DNA from: Candidatus Saccharicenans sp.
GTDB taxonomy: Bacteria; Acidobacteriota; Aminicenantia; Aminicenantales; Saccharicenantaceae
Assembly (NCBI GenBank): GCA_049659625.1
Contig: JBASPX010000045.1
Span: forward strand, 96,317-160,316
Direction of reading: 5' to 3'
DNA length: 64,000 nucleotides
Shown: piece after piece, positions 1-9,575 of the stretch
How the letters are laid out: each line of letters opens with the position of its first letter
How positions within the stretch are numbered: the stretch's first letter is position 1
Made by a program: the position numbers and the translations under genes
The notes under the pieces: generated by a model
Seen by the model: only the letters and a program-made list of their open reading frames with translations
Told to the model about the DNA's origin: nothing
Database searches by the model: none

Positions 1-635
1 ACCAGCGGGTTAAGGATGAGCGTGGTGCCCATTCCCGTCTTGACGACGTGGTTGACGGAGAAACCAGAAATGTGATCGCCAGTTATGACCTGATCGAAAT
101 CGTTCGTTCGACCAACAGGGAATTCGCCCTGAGCGAAGAATCGGCCCTGCTCGATTACTCTGAGGTCATCGGCAAGATTCAGGTCGGAAGGGCCAGAATT
201 GCTGAGATAATTCTCGAGAGAGCATCGAAAATAACTCCCGAATTCGGAGTCGAACTCAAAGACGTTCGCATAAAAAGGGTCAATTATGTCGACGAAGTGC
301 AGAAAAAAGTTTTCGACCGGATGATCGCTGAAAGGAAAAGGATCGCTTCTCGCTACCGTTCTGAAGGAGATGGCCGCAGTGCTGAGATCAGGGGACAGAA
401 GGAGAGAGAACTCAAGATAATAACCTCAGAAGCTTACCGCCGGGCGCAGGAAATCAAGGGGAAGGCTGAAGCTGAAGCCACCAGAATCTACGCCGAAGCT
501 TACAACCTCGACCCGGAATTTTATCAGTTCCTGAAGACCCTGGAGACTTACCGCCAGACTCTGGCCCAGAGGACCTGGCTCATTCTGACTACAAATTCTG
601 AATTTCTTAAATATCTCAAGTCAACATCCCGGTAG
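1..635 (+). CDS. hflC: HflC/HflK-type band-7 (SPFH) protein, 3' portion. The ORF is open to the window edge, so it is partial at the 5' end.
   Basis: The reading frame is open from nt 3 with no upstream stop. The C-terminal segment AEAEATRIYAEAYNLDPEFYQFLKTLETY is typical of HflC. Confidence 0.65.
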   Translation, partial: QRVKDERGAHSRLDDVVDGETRNVIASYDLIEIVRSTNREFALSEESALLDYSEVIGKIQVGRARIAEIILERASKITPEFGVELKDVRIKRVNYVDEVQKKVFDRMIAERKRIASRYRSEGDGRSAEIRGQKERELKIITSEAYRRAQEIKGKAEAEATRIYAEAYNLDPEFYQFLKTLETYRQTLAQRTWLILTTNSEFLKYLKSTSR

Positions 636-673
636 CAGGAACTTTACTCTTAGAAACTGCTCAAGCGGTAGAC

Positions 674-1750
674 TTAAAAACGGCCGGCGGCCAGAAGACG
701 GTCGGAGAAGGCGAAAAGAGCTGGTGTTCCTCCGGTGTGGAGGAAGAGGATTTTTTCGCCGGACGAAAAATGCTTTTTCCTGGCCAGGTCCACCAGCCCG
801 ATCATCGCCTTGCTGGTGTAGACCGGGTCCAGAACAAGTCCTTCTTTCTGCATCACCATTTTTATCATCTCTATTATTTCTGAATTAATTATCCCGTACC
901 CTTCCCCGAGATAGTCATCATAAAGAATAAAATCTTCCTCCTTCAGGGTTAAATCCAGCGAAAGCATATCCCGAAGTTCCAGGGCAATTTTTTTCACCAG
1001 CGGCAGGAATTCTTCCCTGGAGTCAGAAACGCAGATGCCAGCGATAGCTGTCTTCAGGCCAAGAGCCCTGGCACCGACCAGAAGTCCGGCCTGGGTGGCT
1101 CCGGAACCGGAAGCCACAACTATCCAGTCAGGCATTCCGCTTTCTGAGAGCTGCCGGTAAACTTCTATCATCGACTGGAAGTAGGCCAGTGCTCCCAGCG
1201 GTTTTTCCATGTGGCCACCGGTAGCTGAACCCCCTACGGAAACCATGTAGGGACGATGTCCCCCGGCTTTTTCCGCGTCGGCAATTTCTTCCAGGCAGCG
1301 AAAAGCTTCTTCCTGAGCGAGTGATTTACCTTTCGTTCTGGCCTCGAAAAATCTTATGTCGGCATCAAGTAGTTTTTCGAGAAGGATGTTTCCCTGGTCG
1401 ACCTGAGAAAGCTCATAAGTCCTGAAAAGAACGAGAATCGGTCTCAGTCCGTAGCGGCGGGCGGCAGCCGCCGTTTGCAGACACCAGTTTGACTGGAGAC
1501 TTCCCCAGGTTATGATGGTGTCGGCTTTTTTACTCAGAGCGTCGGCAATGATGAACTCAAGTTTTCTGGATTTATTCCCTCCAAAGGCCAGACCGGTCAG
1601 GTCCTCGCGCTTGACGAGAAGTTCTCCCAGACCGAGCTCTTTGGCCAGATTTTCCAGACGGTGTACCGGGGTCGGAAGATTCACCAGTTTTACCCGCGGA
1701 AATTTTTCGATGATTTTTTCCAGATACCCGGGGTCGTAAGAATCCATGTT
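674..1750 (-). CDS. PLP-dependent enzyme of the ACC deaminase / D-cysteine desulfhydrase family.
   Basis: Family-typical N-terminus (LPTPVHRLENLAKELGLG..KREDLTGLAFGGNKSRKLEF) and a glycine-rich PLP loop (SVGGSATG). I use the internal Met (MDSYDPGYLEK) as start because the 395-aa ORF extension would run into the upstream gene. Confidence 0.7.
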   Translation of the reverse strand, partial: NMDSYDPGYLEKIIEKFPRVKLVNLPTPVHRLENLAKELGLGELLVKREDLTGLAFGGNKSRKLEFIIADALSKKADTIITWGSLQSNWCLQTAAAARRYGLRPILVLFRTYELSQVDQGNILLEKLLDADIRFFEARTKGKSLAQEEAFRCLEEIADAEKAGGHRPYMVSVGGSATGGHMEKPLGALAYFQSMIEVYRQLSESGMPDWIVVASGSGATQAGLLVGARALGLKTAIAGICVSDSREEFLPLVKKIALELRDMLSLDLTLKEEDFILYDDYLGEGYGIINSEIIEMIKMVMQKEGLVLDPVYTSKAMIGLVDLARKKHFSSGEKILFLHTGGTPALFAFSDRLLAAGRF

Positions 1751-1764
1751 ACCCTTCCTGCGAC

Positions 1765-3369
1765 TCAGGCTTCCTCCACCACGCCGTAACCTAAGGCCGA
1801 AGCCAGCTGGTAAACTCCGGGTTTCAGGTCGCCGTAAAAAGTAACCCGGTGCCAGCCCCATTCATCCCACATGGTAAAGAGTTTTTCCATGTCGCCCAGC
1901 GGTTCGGCCACAAGTTTTGTACGGCAGGCACGGTCGTCAAAAGAGTTGCCGGTGGCTTTCGCCTGATGCATCAGAATAGCTTTTTTATTATGGTCAATTT
2001 CAACGCTGGTGGTCAGGTATCCTGAGGGCAGGATCGAGCGCACGGAAGCTCCCTGTCGATCCTCGGAATGGGTAAGAATTTCCACCGGGTTTGATGGACC
2101 TTCCGGTCCAAAAACCCGGGAGGGGGCGACGCAGTGAGCATATATTATTCTGCGTTCAGCCAGGTCAATCACCGGGTCAGAGATGTAACCCGGACGTCCA
2201 CCGGTCATTATGCCAAAAGCCACCATGGTGGCCGTCGACCTCAGGTCGGCTTCGCAGGCCCCGACCAGTCCCTGGTTGTTCAGCTCATAGAAACCCAGAC
2301 AGGGATAAGCGTGGATATGACCGCCGTAAAAACCGCCAAGACAGTTTATGGTTATGGCCCTCGCCCGGTGTTTTTCCAGCAGGTTTTTCATGCCGAGATA
2401 CATGGCGGCTGAGTTCACCAGCTCGGAAAATTTAACATCTCGCACCAGCGAGGCCTGACTTTGCCATTTTCTGGCAATTTCTCTGGCCTGTTCCCTGTCG
2501 GCACTTTCCCAGGCAGCATTCAGTTCGGAAAACGGAAGGTTAAGCACCGGGATTCCGGCGATTTCACCCGGCTCTCCGCCACGATGGTCGCGGAAAAGCA
2601 AAATCGGCGAGTTTTTCATGCGGTAAATCGTTTCTTCCGCCGGGAGAAGATTGAGCGGGTCTGGATAGCATTTAAGATAGCCAGGGCGAGGCGTGATGGT
2701 TTGACGGATTCCGGTGATTAATTCTGAAAAACTGGCTGTTGAAGCAGAATTCCTGAAAGTTTTAAAAGCCCTGACGGCGGCTACCAGATGGTCCGGGTTG
2801 GAAGAACAGATGAACCCGAAATTCTCTTTCTTCTTCCGGATAAGGTCGGCTGAATAGACCAGAAATCCCCCGCTCCCGCCATACTGGAAATCGACGTAAA
2901 GAACGGGCTTTCCGGTCTCCACCGCCGGTTGAACCACCCGATTCCAGCAATTAAGCTGAAAAACGACGTATCCATCTATGTTTTTCTCTCTGTCCGCCTC
3001 GAGTATGGTGGCGGTTTCTTCAGGACCGCTGACCGTTGAAATCAAAAAAGAAAATTCCGGCAGCCGTTTTTCCAGAATCGAAACATATTTTTCGATAACC
3101 GGGCGAAAATCAAACCCGAGGTTGGGCCAGTCCGGGCGGTCCTGTTTCAGGGCGTGCAGGGCAAAAAACAACCTGAGCTTAATTTCCTTCTTGACAGGAA
3201 GGGAGGTTAAATCCAGCAGAGATACATTCTGCGCACCGGAGAGGCCGCGAGCAGAAAACAGCCCGGCAGCAAGAAAAGCGCAGCGCCCGCATCGGCTGAA
3301 AAATTCCCTTCTTCTTAATAATTCCCGATTTTCTTCCTGTTTCTGTTCTAAAGATTTTTTTCTATCCAT
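1765..3369 (-). CDS. Tat-signal exported protein of unknown function, 534 aa.
   Basis: Twin-arginine motif RRREFFSRCGRCAFLAAGLF near the N-terminus. It sits 14 nt upstream of the PLP enzyme on the same strand. I cannot assign a family; the ACEADL segment only loosely resembles sugar-isomerase folds. Confidence 0.5.
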   Translation of the reverse strand: MDRKKSLEQKQEENRELLRRREFFSRCGRCAFLAAGLFSARGLSGAQNVSLLDLTSLPVKKEIKLRLFFALHALKQDRPDWPNLGFDFRPVIEKYVSILEKRLPEFSFLISTVSGPEETATILEADREKNIDGYVVFQLNCWNRVVQPAVETGKPVLYVDFQYGGSGGFLVYSADLIRKKKENFGFICSSNPDHLVAAVRAFKTFRNSASTASFSELITGIRQTITPRPGYLKCYPDPLNLLPAEETIYRMKNSPILLFRDHRGGEPGEIAGIPVLNLPFSELNAAWESADREQAREIARKWQSQASLVRDVKFSELVNSAAMYLGMKNLLEKHRARAITINCLGGFYGGHIHAYPCLGFYELNNQGLVGACEADLRSTATMVAFGIMTGGRPGYISDPVIDLAERRIIYAHCVAPSRVFGPEGPSNPVEILTHSEDRQGASVRSILPSGYLTTSVEIDHNKKAILMHQAKATGNSFDDRACRTKLVAEPLGDMEKLFTMWDEWGWHRVTFYGDLKPGVYQLASALGYGVVEEA

Positions 3370-3486
3370 TCTTAGCCTCTTGACCGATTAAGTCATAAAA
3401 ACAATAATTCTTTTCTGGATTTTATGTCAAGGCTAAGGTGAAAACTAACAATTTATGAAATTTTTAGACAAATTTCGACTAAAATA

Positions 3487-3515
3487 TTGACAGATCAGAA
3501 GAAAACGCTTAATAT
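3487..3515 (+). promoter_or_regulatory. Putative sigma70 promoter: TTGACA, 17 bp spacer, TAATAT.
   Basis: A -35 TTGACA at 3487-3492 and a -10 TAATAT at 3510-3515. The predicted TSS lies about 2-8 nt before ATG 3524 and there is no Shine-Dalgarno, so the transcript may be leaderless. Confidence 0.3.
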
Positions 3516-3523
3516 TCAAAGAA

Positions 3524-4690
3524 ATGAGTTTATTGGCTGAAAACATTACAGTTAGAGCGGCCAGTCGCTTTCTGCTGGCAGCCCTTCTTATATTATTCTG
3601 TTTTGAAGCTCCGCTTATTTCTCAGACGACCGTTGCTAAAAAGAACGAACAGCAAATTGTGCTCACTGAAGAATCCGCTCCTGATCGGATGGGAATTTCG
3701 ATTCTTCCGATCGTTTACTATACTCCCGAGACAAGAATGGCCTTTGGACTGGGAAGTCTCCTCACCTACCGTTTTGGACTTCTTTTCAAAGAAGCCAGAC
3801 CGAGCACTCTTTTTCTGGGAGCGATTTACACTCAGGAAAAACAGTTTATCTTTCAGATAAAACCGGAAATCTATCTTCAGAACAACACTTTTTTTCTTTC
3901 GGGAAATTTTCTGGCTGAGAGGTTTCCCACAAACTTCTGGGGAATCGGGCCGGACACAGACGATTCGCTGGAAGAGTCCTATACTCCTCAGAGATACCTG
4001 GCAGAACTCGGGATTCAGAGAAAGCTCGGCCACAATTTTCCTCTCTATATTGGCCTTAGATACAGGCTGGAAAAAACCAGCATCTTAAAGACAGAACCTG
4101 GAAAGCTGCTCGACCAGGGGCTTGTCCCCGGGAGCCAGGGCGGATTTCTTTCCGGTCCGTCCTTCATCCTCAACTTTGATCAAAGGGATAACATTTTCTA
4201 CCCGGCCTCAGGACTGTATTTACAGGCAAATATTGCCTGGAACGACCATCTGTTTGGCAGCGATTTTGATTTTATAAATTTTAAGCTTGACCTCAGAAAT
4301 TATTATGAAGTGGCCAGAGAACAGATACTGACGGTTCAGGCTCTGTTTGAAAGCAACAGCGGAAACGTTCCTTTTTATCATCTGGCTCAACTTGGAGGAG
4401 ATTCCCTGCTGCGGGGTTTTTACAGCGGAAGGTACCGGGAAAAGAACCTGGCCGCTTTTCAGGCGGAATACCGTTTTCCTGTCTGGAAAAGATTCAGCGC
4501 GGTTGTTTTCGGTGCGATGGGCAGCCTGGCGGGACGGTTGAAGGATATTTCTTTTGACAATTTGAAGTATGCGGCCGGCTTCGGGTTCAGGTTCAAAGTG
4601 ATTCCCAGAGAAAAGGCCAATCTGAGAGTGGATTTTGCCTTTGGACCGGGAACCTACGGAATTTATTTCAAGGCCGGTGAGGCTTTTTAG
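3524..4690 (+). CDS. Omp85/BamA-TamA-family outer-membrane beta-barrel (Bac_surface_Ag domain) with no POTRA domains.
   Basis: Signal peptide, barrel motifs (GGDSLLRGFY, EYRFPVW, AAGFGFRF) and a terminal aromatic residue (..GEAF). At 388 aa it is barrel only. Confidence 0.7.
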   Translation: MSLLAENITVRAASRFLLAALLILFCFEAPLISQTTVAKKNEQQIVLTEESAPDRMGISILPIVYYTPETRMAFGLGSLLTYRFGLLFKEARPSTLFLGAIYTQEKQFIFQIKPEIYLQNNTFFLSGNFLAERFPTNFWGIGPDTDDSLEESYTPQRYLAELGIQRKLGHNFPLYIGLRYRLEKTSILKTEPGKLLDQGLVPGSQGGFLSGPSFILNFDQRDNIFYPASGLYLQANIAWNDHLFGSDFDFINFKLDLRNYYEVAREQILTVQALFESNSGNVPFYHLAQLGGDSLLRGFYSGRYREKNLAAFQAEYRFPVWKRFSAVVFGAMGSLAGRLKDISFDNLKYAAGFGFRFKVIPREKANLRVDFAFGPGTYGIYFKAGEAF

Positions 4691-4789
4691 ATGAATTTCC
4701 CCTCCGGGAACTTATGCCTTCCATAACTGATCTGCGCCGGGTCTCATCCTTCCCTGAGTTTTCAGTTTATGAACTGAAATCGGCGAATA

Positions 4790-5692
4790 TCAACTCTGGC
4801 CGCACCCGGTCTTGATTTCGGCCGGGTTTTCTTCAGGCAACCAGAAGCCATGAGAGATGCAGGTCGTGGGACAGACCTGTTCGCACTTCAAACATCTGAT
4901 GCAGCTGGAACTGTCAGGGTTCTGATAAATCCTGATCTCAACCGGACAGACCCGGTAACAGGCGTCGCAGACGATGCAGTCTTCGTTCTTCACCTTCATC
5001 CGGAAAAAGCTCCAGCGATTAAAAAACCCGAGAATCGTTCCGAGAGGACAGACGGTGCGGCAGAATGGCCTCTGGGAAACGGCCATCCAGAGGAGAAATA
5101 AAATAAGCAGCACGGTTTTCCAGGCAAACAGCCAGCCGAGTTGATCCCTGATGGCCGGGTTCAGCAGCGCCAGAAATATTCCGGCCTCAAGAGTTCCTGC
5201 CGGGCAGACCCACTTACAGAACCAGGGCCAGCCGAGTCCCGAGGCGTCAACGATAATAAAAGGGAGAAGGATGACAAAAAGCGACAGAATCAAATATCTC
5301 AGATGGGTTAGAATCCGGGGAATCTTTATCTTCGGCAGAGGAATTTTATAGATAATCTCCTGGAGCAAACCAAAAGGACAGAGCCAGCCGCAGGGCAACC
5401 GTCCTCCTACCACACCCATAAGCCCGAGACTTCCCGCCACATAAAGGCCGATTTTTTTCTGACCCGAAGCCAGGTTATAGCGCAGGGAACTCAGAGCATT
5501 CTGCAGAGCTCCTATCGGACAGGCGCCAGCAGCCGCCGGGCAGGAGTAACAGTTAAGAGCCGGAAGACAGATTCCTTTGGTCGGAGCCTGGCTGATGTTT
5601 CCGCGGGCAGCCGAGAGAAAATCGGCATTAAAACCCACCGCCGCGGCCACCTGAAACAATCTTCGTTTCACTTCAGCGTGCAGTGCTTTCAT
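4790..5692 (-). CDS. Membrane-bound 4Fe-4S polyferredoxin of the NapH/MauN/NosR C-terminal type.
   Basis: Multiple transmembrane segments. Two CxxCxxCxxxCP motifs (CIVCDACYRVCP and CIRCLKCEQVCP) plus further Cys pairs. Confidence 0.7.
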   Translation of the reverse strand: MKALHAEVKRRLFQVAAAVGFNADFLSAARGNISQAPTKGICLPALNCYSCPAAAGACPIGALQNALSSLRYNLASGQKKIGLYVAGSLGLMGVVGGRLPCGWLCPFGLLQEIIYKIPLPKIKIPRILTHLRYLILSLFVILLPFIIVDASGLGWPWFCKWVCPAGTLEAGIFLALLNPAIRDQLGWLFAWKTVLLILFLLWMAVSQRPFCRTVCPLGTILGFFNRWSFFRMKVKNEDCIVCDACYRVCPVEIRIYQNPDSSSCIRCLKCEQVCPTTCISHGFWLPEENPAEIKTGCGQS

Positions 5693-5840
5693 CGCCCTCT
5701 ACCCTATCCTATACCGATACATTCAAGGCAGACCGTGGCCGCCTTCTGCCATACCACCTTAAATTCTCCAGCAAAAAGTCCAAGCGCTATCAGAACCGCC
5801 GATAAAGCCAGAATGATGAAGGCTGTAAGTTTTCTTCTGC

Positions 5841-6749
5841 TCATCTTTCTTCTCTTCTCCCCGTTTCCACCGGAAGTTCATCCCGGTTGCTCCATTCATT
5901 GAAACTGCCGTCGTAAAGCCTGACATCCGGATATTTCAGAAGATATTTAAGAGTAAGATACGTATGGGAAGCCATCAACCCCTGGCCGCAGGAAACGATT
6001 ATGGTTTTATCCGGAGTGATACCCAGAGCTCTGAGATTTTCAGCCAGAAATTTGAGGTCCTTCCAGCTGCCGTCTTCTTTCAGGAAGGATGCCCAGAAAA
6101 TGTTTATGGCTCCCGGAATGTGTCCGTTTCTCTTCCAGTTTCCACGCTCCCCTGAATAGAGCTCAGCCGGACGGACATCGAGCAAGACGGTTTTTTCCGG
6201 ATTCCTGTTTTTTACCTGGTCAAGAGTGACCCTCACGGTTTCGTCCGGAACCACTCTTCTGCCATAACCTTTCCTTTCTATTGCCGGATAATCCCGGGAG
6301 ACCGGACGGTTCTCGCTCTTCCAGCGGTTGAAACCCCCGTCCAGGATGGCCCAGTTGCTGTGACCGAAATAATCAAGAGCCCAGGCCAGATAGGTTGCCC
6401 GATAATTATTTACCTCCGTGTATATGATGATGGTGGTTTTATGGTCTATGCCCATCTCTTCGAGCAAACGCACAAAAACTTCCAGCGGCAGAAGCCGGCC
6501 CGGAACTCCCCCTGATGGCCAGCGGAGGGCAGTTTCATCCAGATAAACCGCTCCGGGGATATGTCCTGCCCAGTAATCTCGGATATCCGCTCTCATATCG
6601 ATGATTCTCAGGTCCTTTCTTGATAGATTTGTCTGAAGCCATTCAGCCAGAACCAGCCGGCTGTCGGCAGTCTGGCTGTAAAGCTGGCAGATAACCCCGG
6701 CCAAAATCGTCAACCAGACAGATAAGCTTTTTAACATTCTCTTTTTCAT
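5841..6749 (-). CDS. Periplasmic tandem-rhodanese sulfurtransferase (thiosulfate/3-mercaptopyruvate sulfurtransferase family).
   Basis: Signal peptide, two rhodanese domains, and the active-site loop SCGQGLMAS. Confidence 0.8.
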   Translation of the reverse strand: MKKRMLKSLSVWLTILAGVICQLYSQTADSRLVLAEWLQTNLSRKDLRIIDMRADIRDYWAGHIPGAVYLDETALRWPSGGVPGRLLPLEVFVRLLEEMGIDHKTTIIIYTEVNNYRATYLAWALDYFGHSNWAILDGGFNRWKSENRPVSRDYPAIERKGYGRRVVPDETVRVTLDQVKNRNPEKTVLLDVRPAELYSGERGNWKRNGHIPGAINIFWASFLKEDGSWKDLKFLAENLRALGITPDKTIIVSCGQGLMASHTYLTLKYLLKYPDVRLYDGSFNEWSNRDELPVETGRREER

Positions 6750-8821
6750 CTGCAGGCCTCCGTTGAGTTTATGCTGCGGTCCTTACCTGCCCTGTTTCCA
6801 TTTACCCAGGGAAAACAGGTAATTCTCAACCTGGCGCAGCCCATCGGAATCAATCTGATATCTTCTTCCGCTGCTTCCGTCAGAACCGGACTCGGTGGAA
6901 CCCGGCCGACCATCCTGCCCTCTTCCTTCCACTGAGGCAACCTTTTCGCCCGGGCCTTCAAAACAAGCGGAGCTCTTTCAGAAGAAAAGGGCTGATAGCT
7001 TACCGGCCTTTTCTCCATCAGTTCGATTCCTTTTTCCGGTTTTTGCGGGTCAAGCACAAGAGCGTAATTCCAGGGCGAGGCGGGAAGAATCTCCCAGGCC
7101 GGCCAATCATCTGTGCCGCCTGCTCTCTTCCATTCTTCCTTTATCTCCAGCGAATACCAGAGAGGCCCCCGCCTGACGGAAGCTGCCTGCCCGAGGCCTG
7201 GCCAGAAATGAACTTTGACTGGCTGGTCGAGCACAAGCGTTATCCGGTCGCCATTTTTCCAGAATCTGCAAACAGCCGCATACTCTCCAGGATTTTTCAA
7301 CTCAACCTCTCTGCTGCCGTTAATAGAGAGCCAGGCTTTTTCCGCCCATCCGGGCAAACGGAGGTAGACAGGAAATTCGACCGGTTCTTCCAGGTAGAGG
7401 GTGAGGTCAATTCTAGTCTCAAACGGATAGTCGGTATCCTGAATGATCCTCGCGGGAATTCCTTTCTCTCCAGCTTTGAAAACGACCGTCGATGGACCGT
7501 AAAAAATCGCGGCTATGCCGCCATCGGGTGTGGCCAGCCAGAGATGTTCAACGTAATAAGGCCAGCCGAAAGCCACGTTATGCTGACAGCATCGATATTT
7601 CCAGGGGTCGTAGGAAACCAATGTTCCGGAATTCTGGAAATCATGTTCACCCGAACTGTCGCAGGAAATAAGGTTGGCTGCCGTCAGGTAATGCAACGCT
7701 TTCAGATCAGGTGTCAGAGCCGCCGGCAGAGAATTCAGAGCTATCTCTTCCGCCCGGTCAGCCTGAACCACCTCTCCCGTTATTTTCAGTAGAGACTCAA
7801 AACTGTTCATGAATTCGACCATGGTGCAGGTCTCGGCTCCCTGCCGGGGGTCGCTGTAACCAGGTCTTATGTTTTCATCAGCTCCGAACATACCTCCCGG
7901 CTGCTGGCCGTAAGAATCCATCACCTGACGGTAGTTACTTTCCACCGCTTCCAGAAGTCTTGCGTCTCCGCTTTGCTGAAAATAAACGGCCGGATATCGA
8001 AAACCCATGGCTATGTTAACCCCGTGGTAAAAGGAACTTTCTTTCCAGTTGCGATCACGCTCGGGAGTGAGGATGGGCGAAGCCCAGTCAGCTGTCCGCC
8101 TGTAGATTTTATGACCGAGTTCCAGCAGCCATTTCTCACCCGTCCGATTATAAAGCCAGTAAACGCTTTCCAGGTTTTCTCCGGCCCGCAATTTCTGCCA
8201 GCTTCCCGGGAAGAGCTTTTCCTCGGGCATCTGGAGCTGAAACCGGAAATAACCGGTCATAAAATCCAGAACCCGGCGGTCGGAAGTAAACTCATAATAA
8301 CTCTGCAGGCAGGCCAGCGCCACCATGTTAGGCCAGAGGTCGTTGTTAACTTTATTCTCTACCGGCCCGAAATATCCATCCGGCTGCTGGCTTTTCAAGA
8401 TGGCTTCCACCCATTTCCTGGAAGTGGCTATCATTTCAGGATCCTTCAGGAGATAACTGAGGTCGAGATATCCCTTCAGCCAGTAGGGCATCTCTTCCCA
8501 GCCCTTCCCTTTCAGGGTTAACCAGCCGGAATCTTCCCTGAGAAAAGGAGATATATCTTCCAGCCTGCCGGTCAGGCCCTCAGCCATGAGTTTCAGCTGA
8601 CTGAGGAGCCAGCCCCTGGGTTCTATCTGCCCTGGAGGAAGCTTAACGAGAGCATTCGGCTGTAGAGGCGGTTTGTTGCCCGTATAAAAAGGACTAAGCC
8701 GGTCAGATGGTGGAGTTTTTACCGTTTTAATTTCCATTCTAACGTTACTCCCGGAAGAAATGAAAGAAAGAGCAAAAAGCAGCCACAAAAAAAAGAATAC
8801 ATATTTGAATCGGGTCTGCAT
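6746..8821 (-). CDS. Secreted glycoside hydrolase of family 127/146 type (beta-L-arabinofuranosidase-like).
   Basis: Signal peptide. ETCTMVEF and RCCQHN segments fit the Glu/Cys...Cys-Cys zinc-ligand pattern of HypBA1-type GH127. This is a motif-level assignment only. Confidence 0.55.
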   Translation of the reverse strand: MQTRFKYVFFFLWLLFALSFISSGSNVRMEIKTVKTPPSDRLSPFYTGNKPPLQPNALVKLPPGQIEPRGWLLSQLKLMAEGLTGRLEDISPFLREDSGWLTLKGKGWEEMPYWLKGYLDLSYLLKDPEMIATSRKWVEAILKSQQPDGYFGPVENKVNNDLWPNMVALACLQSYYEFTSDRRVLDFMTGYFRFQLQMPEEKLFPGSWQKLRAGENLESVYWLYNRTGEKWLLELGHKIYRRTADWASPILTPERDRNWKESSFYHGVNIAMGFRYPAVYFQQSGDARLLEAVESNYRQVMDSYGQQPGGMFGADENIRPGYSDPRQGAETCTMVEFMNSFESLLKITGEVVQADRAEEIALNSLPAALTPDLKALHYLTAANLISCDSSGEHDFQNSGTLVSYDPWKYRCCQHNVAFGWPYYVEHLWLATPDGGIAAIFYGPSTVVFKAGEKGIPARIIQDTDYPFETRIDLTLYLEEPVEFPVYLRLPGWAEKAWLSINGSREVELKNPGEYAAVCRFWKNGDRITLVLDQPVKVHFWPGLGQAASVRRGPLWYSLEIKEEWKRAGGTDDWPAWEILPASPWNYALVLDPQKPEKGIELMEKRPVSYQPFSSERAPLVLKARAKRLPQWKEEGRMVGRVPPSPVLTEAAEEDIRLIPMGCARLRITCFPWVNGNRAGKDRSINSTEACR

Positions 8822-8960
8822 TTTCGTGTCCTCAGTTCATTTAATCATAAGCCAGGAATTTTTCCAGTCAGATTTTACATCAATCGGAAGAATCCCGCGA
8901 ATGAACTCTTCCCCGTCCACATGACTGCAGCCGGCAACTTTATGGCCATAATCCAGAAGC

Positions 8961-9575
8961 TCAAATCTGCACTTCGTATATTCTCTTCGTTTTTTCAAAT
9001 TTCAATTCCGGGTTAAATACCCATGAATGGAGAGCCACACTTCGTGGATAAGGGAAAAAGCGGCAGCGGAAAAGAAAGTTCTGCGGGTAATATCCCTTCG
9101 TCCATTCTATAACTCCAATCAGTCCCCGCCCGCCCAGATAACGCAGTAAGTAATTAATCAGCCAGATTTTTTCTTCGGCGGATAGATTTGCTAAGTGCAG
9201 ATGGTTTAACCAGGCCCAGCGTTCAACTTTCTTTCCGATATGGTCATGAATGAGATAATTCAGGACCGCTGCCAGCCGCCCGTCTTTTTTAACTGCCAGC
9301 GTTACGGAAACATCCGGGCAGATAAGCTCTTTTTCCAGCTCTTCCACCGACTGCCATACCCGGGCCAGTTCCACCCGGCCTGAATAAGAGTTGAGAAGAC
9401 TCATCACTTCGTTAAAATTCTCAGGCTTCAGTTCTTCCACCTCCAGTTGATGGTCTTCCATAGGGCGCGGAAGACGGTCGGCTCCCCAGAGCTTGATCAG
9501 CGCTTTTTCCCAGCCTTTCAAACCTTCAGAATAAGCCACCCGTTCGAGATCAAGAATGCGTCCGAGAACGTACAT
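8961..9575 (-). CDS. Second GNAT-like acetyltransferase domain protein, possibly the C-terminal half of a split two-domain GNAT.
   Basis: The ORF begins at an ATG overlapping the stop of the upstream GNAT. The same-frame stop TAA abuts an A9 run. Confidence 0.5.
   Translation of the reverse strand: MYVLGRILDLERVAYSEGLKGWEKALIKLWGADRLPRPMEDHQLEVEELKPENFNEVMSLLNSYSGRVELARVWQSVEELEKELICPDVSVTLAVKKDGRLAAVLNYLIHDHIGKKVERWAWLNHLHLANLSAEEKIWLINYLLRYLGGRGLIGVIEWTKGYYPQNFLFRCRFFPYPRSVALHSWVFNPELKFEKTKRIYEVQI

Noticed and set aside
1751-1861. 37-codon N-terminal extension of the PLP enzyme ORF (MGLAPGYFLRRPETRS...).
   Set aside because: It would overlap the upstream gene by about 100 nt. The internal Met gives the family-typical start.
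7043-7792. 249-aa plus-strand ORF, and the ORF at 7973..8521.
   Set aside because: Antisense to the GH127-like gene.
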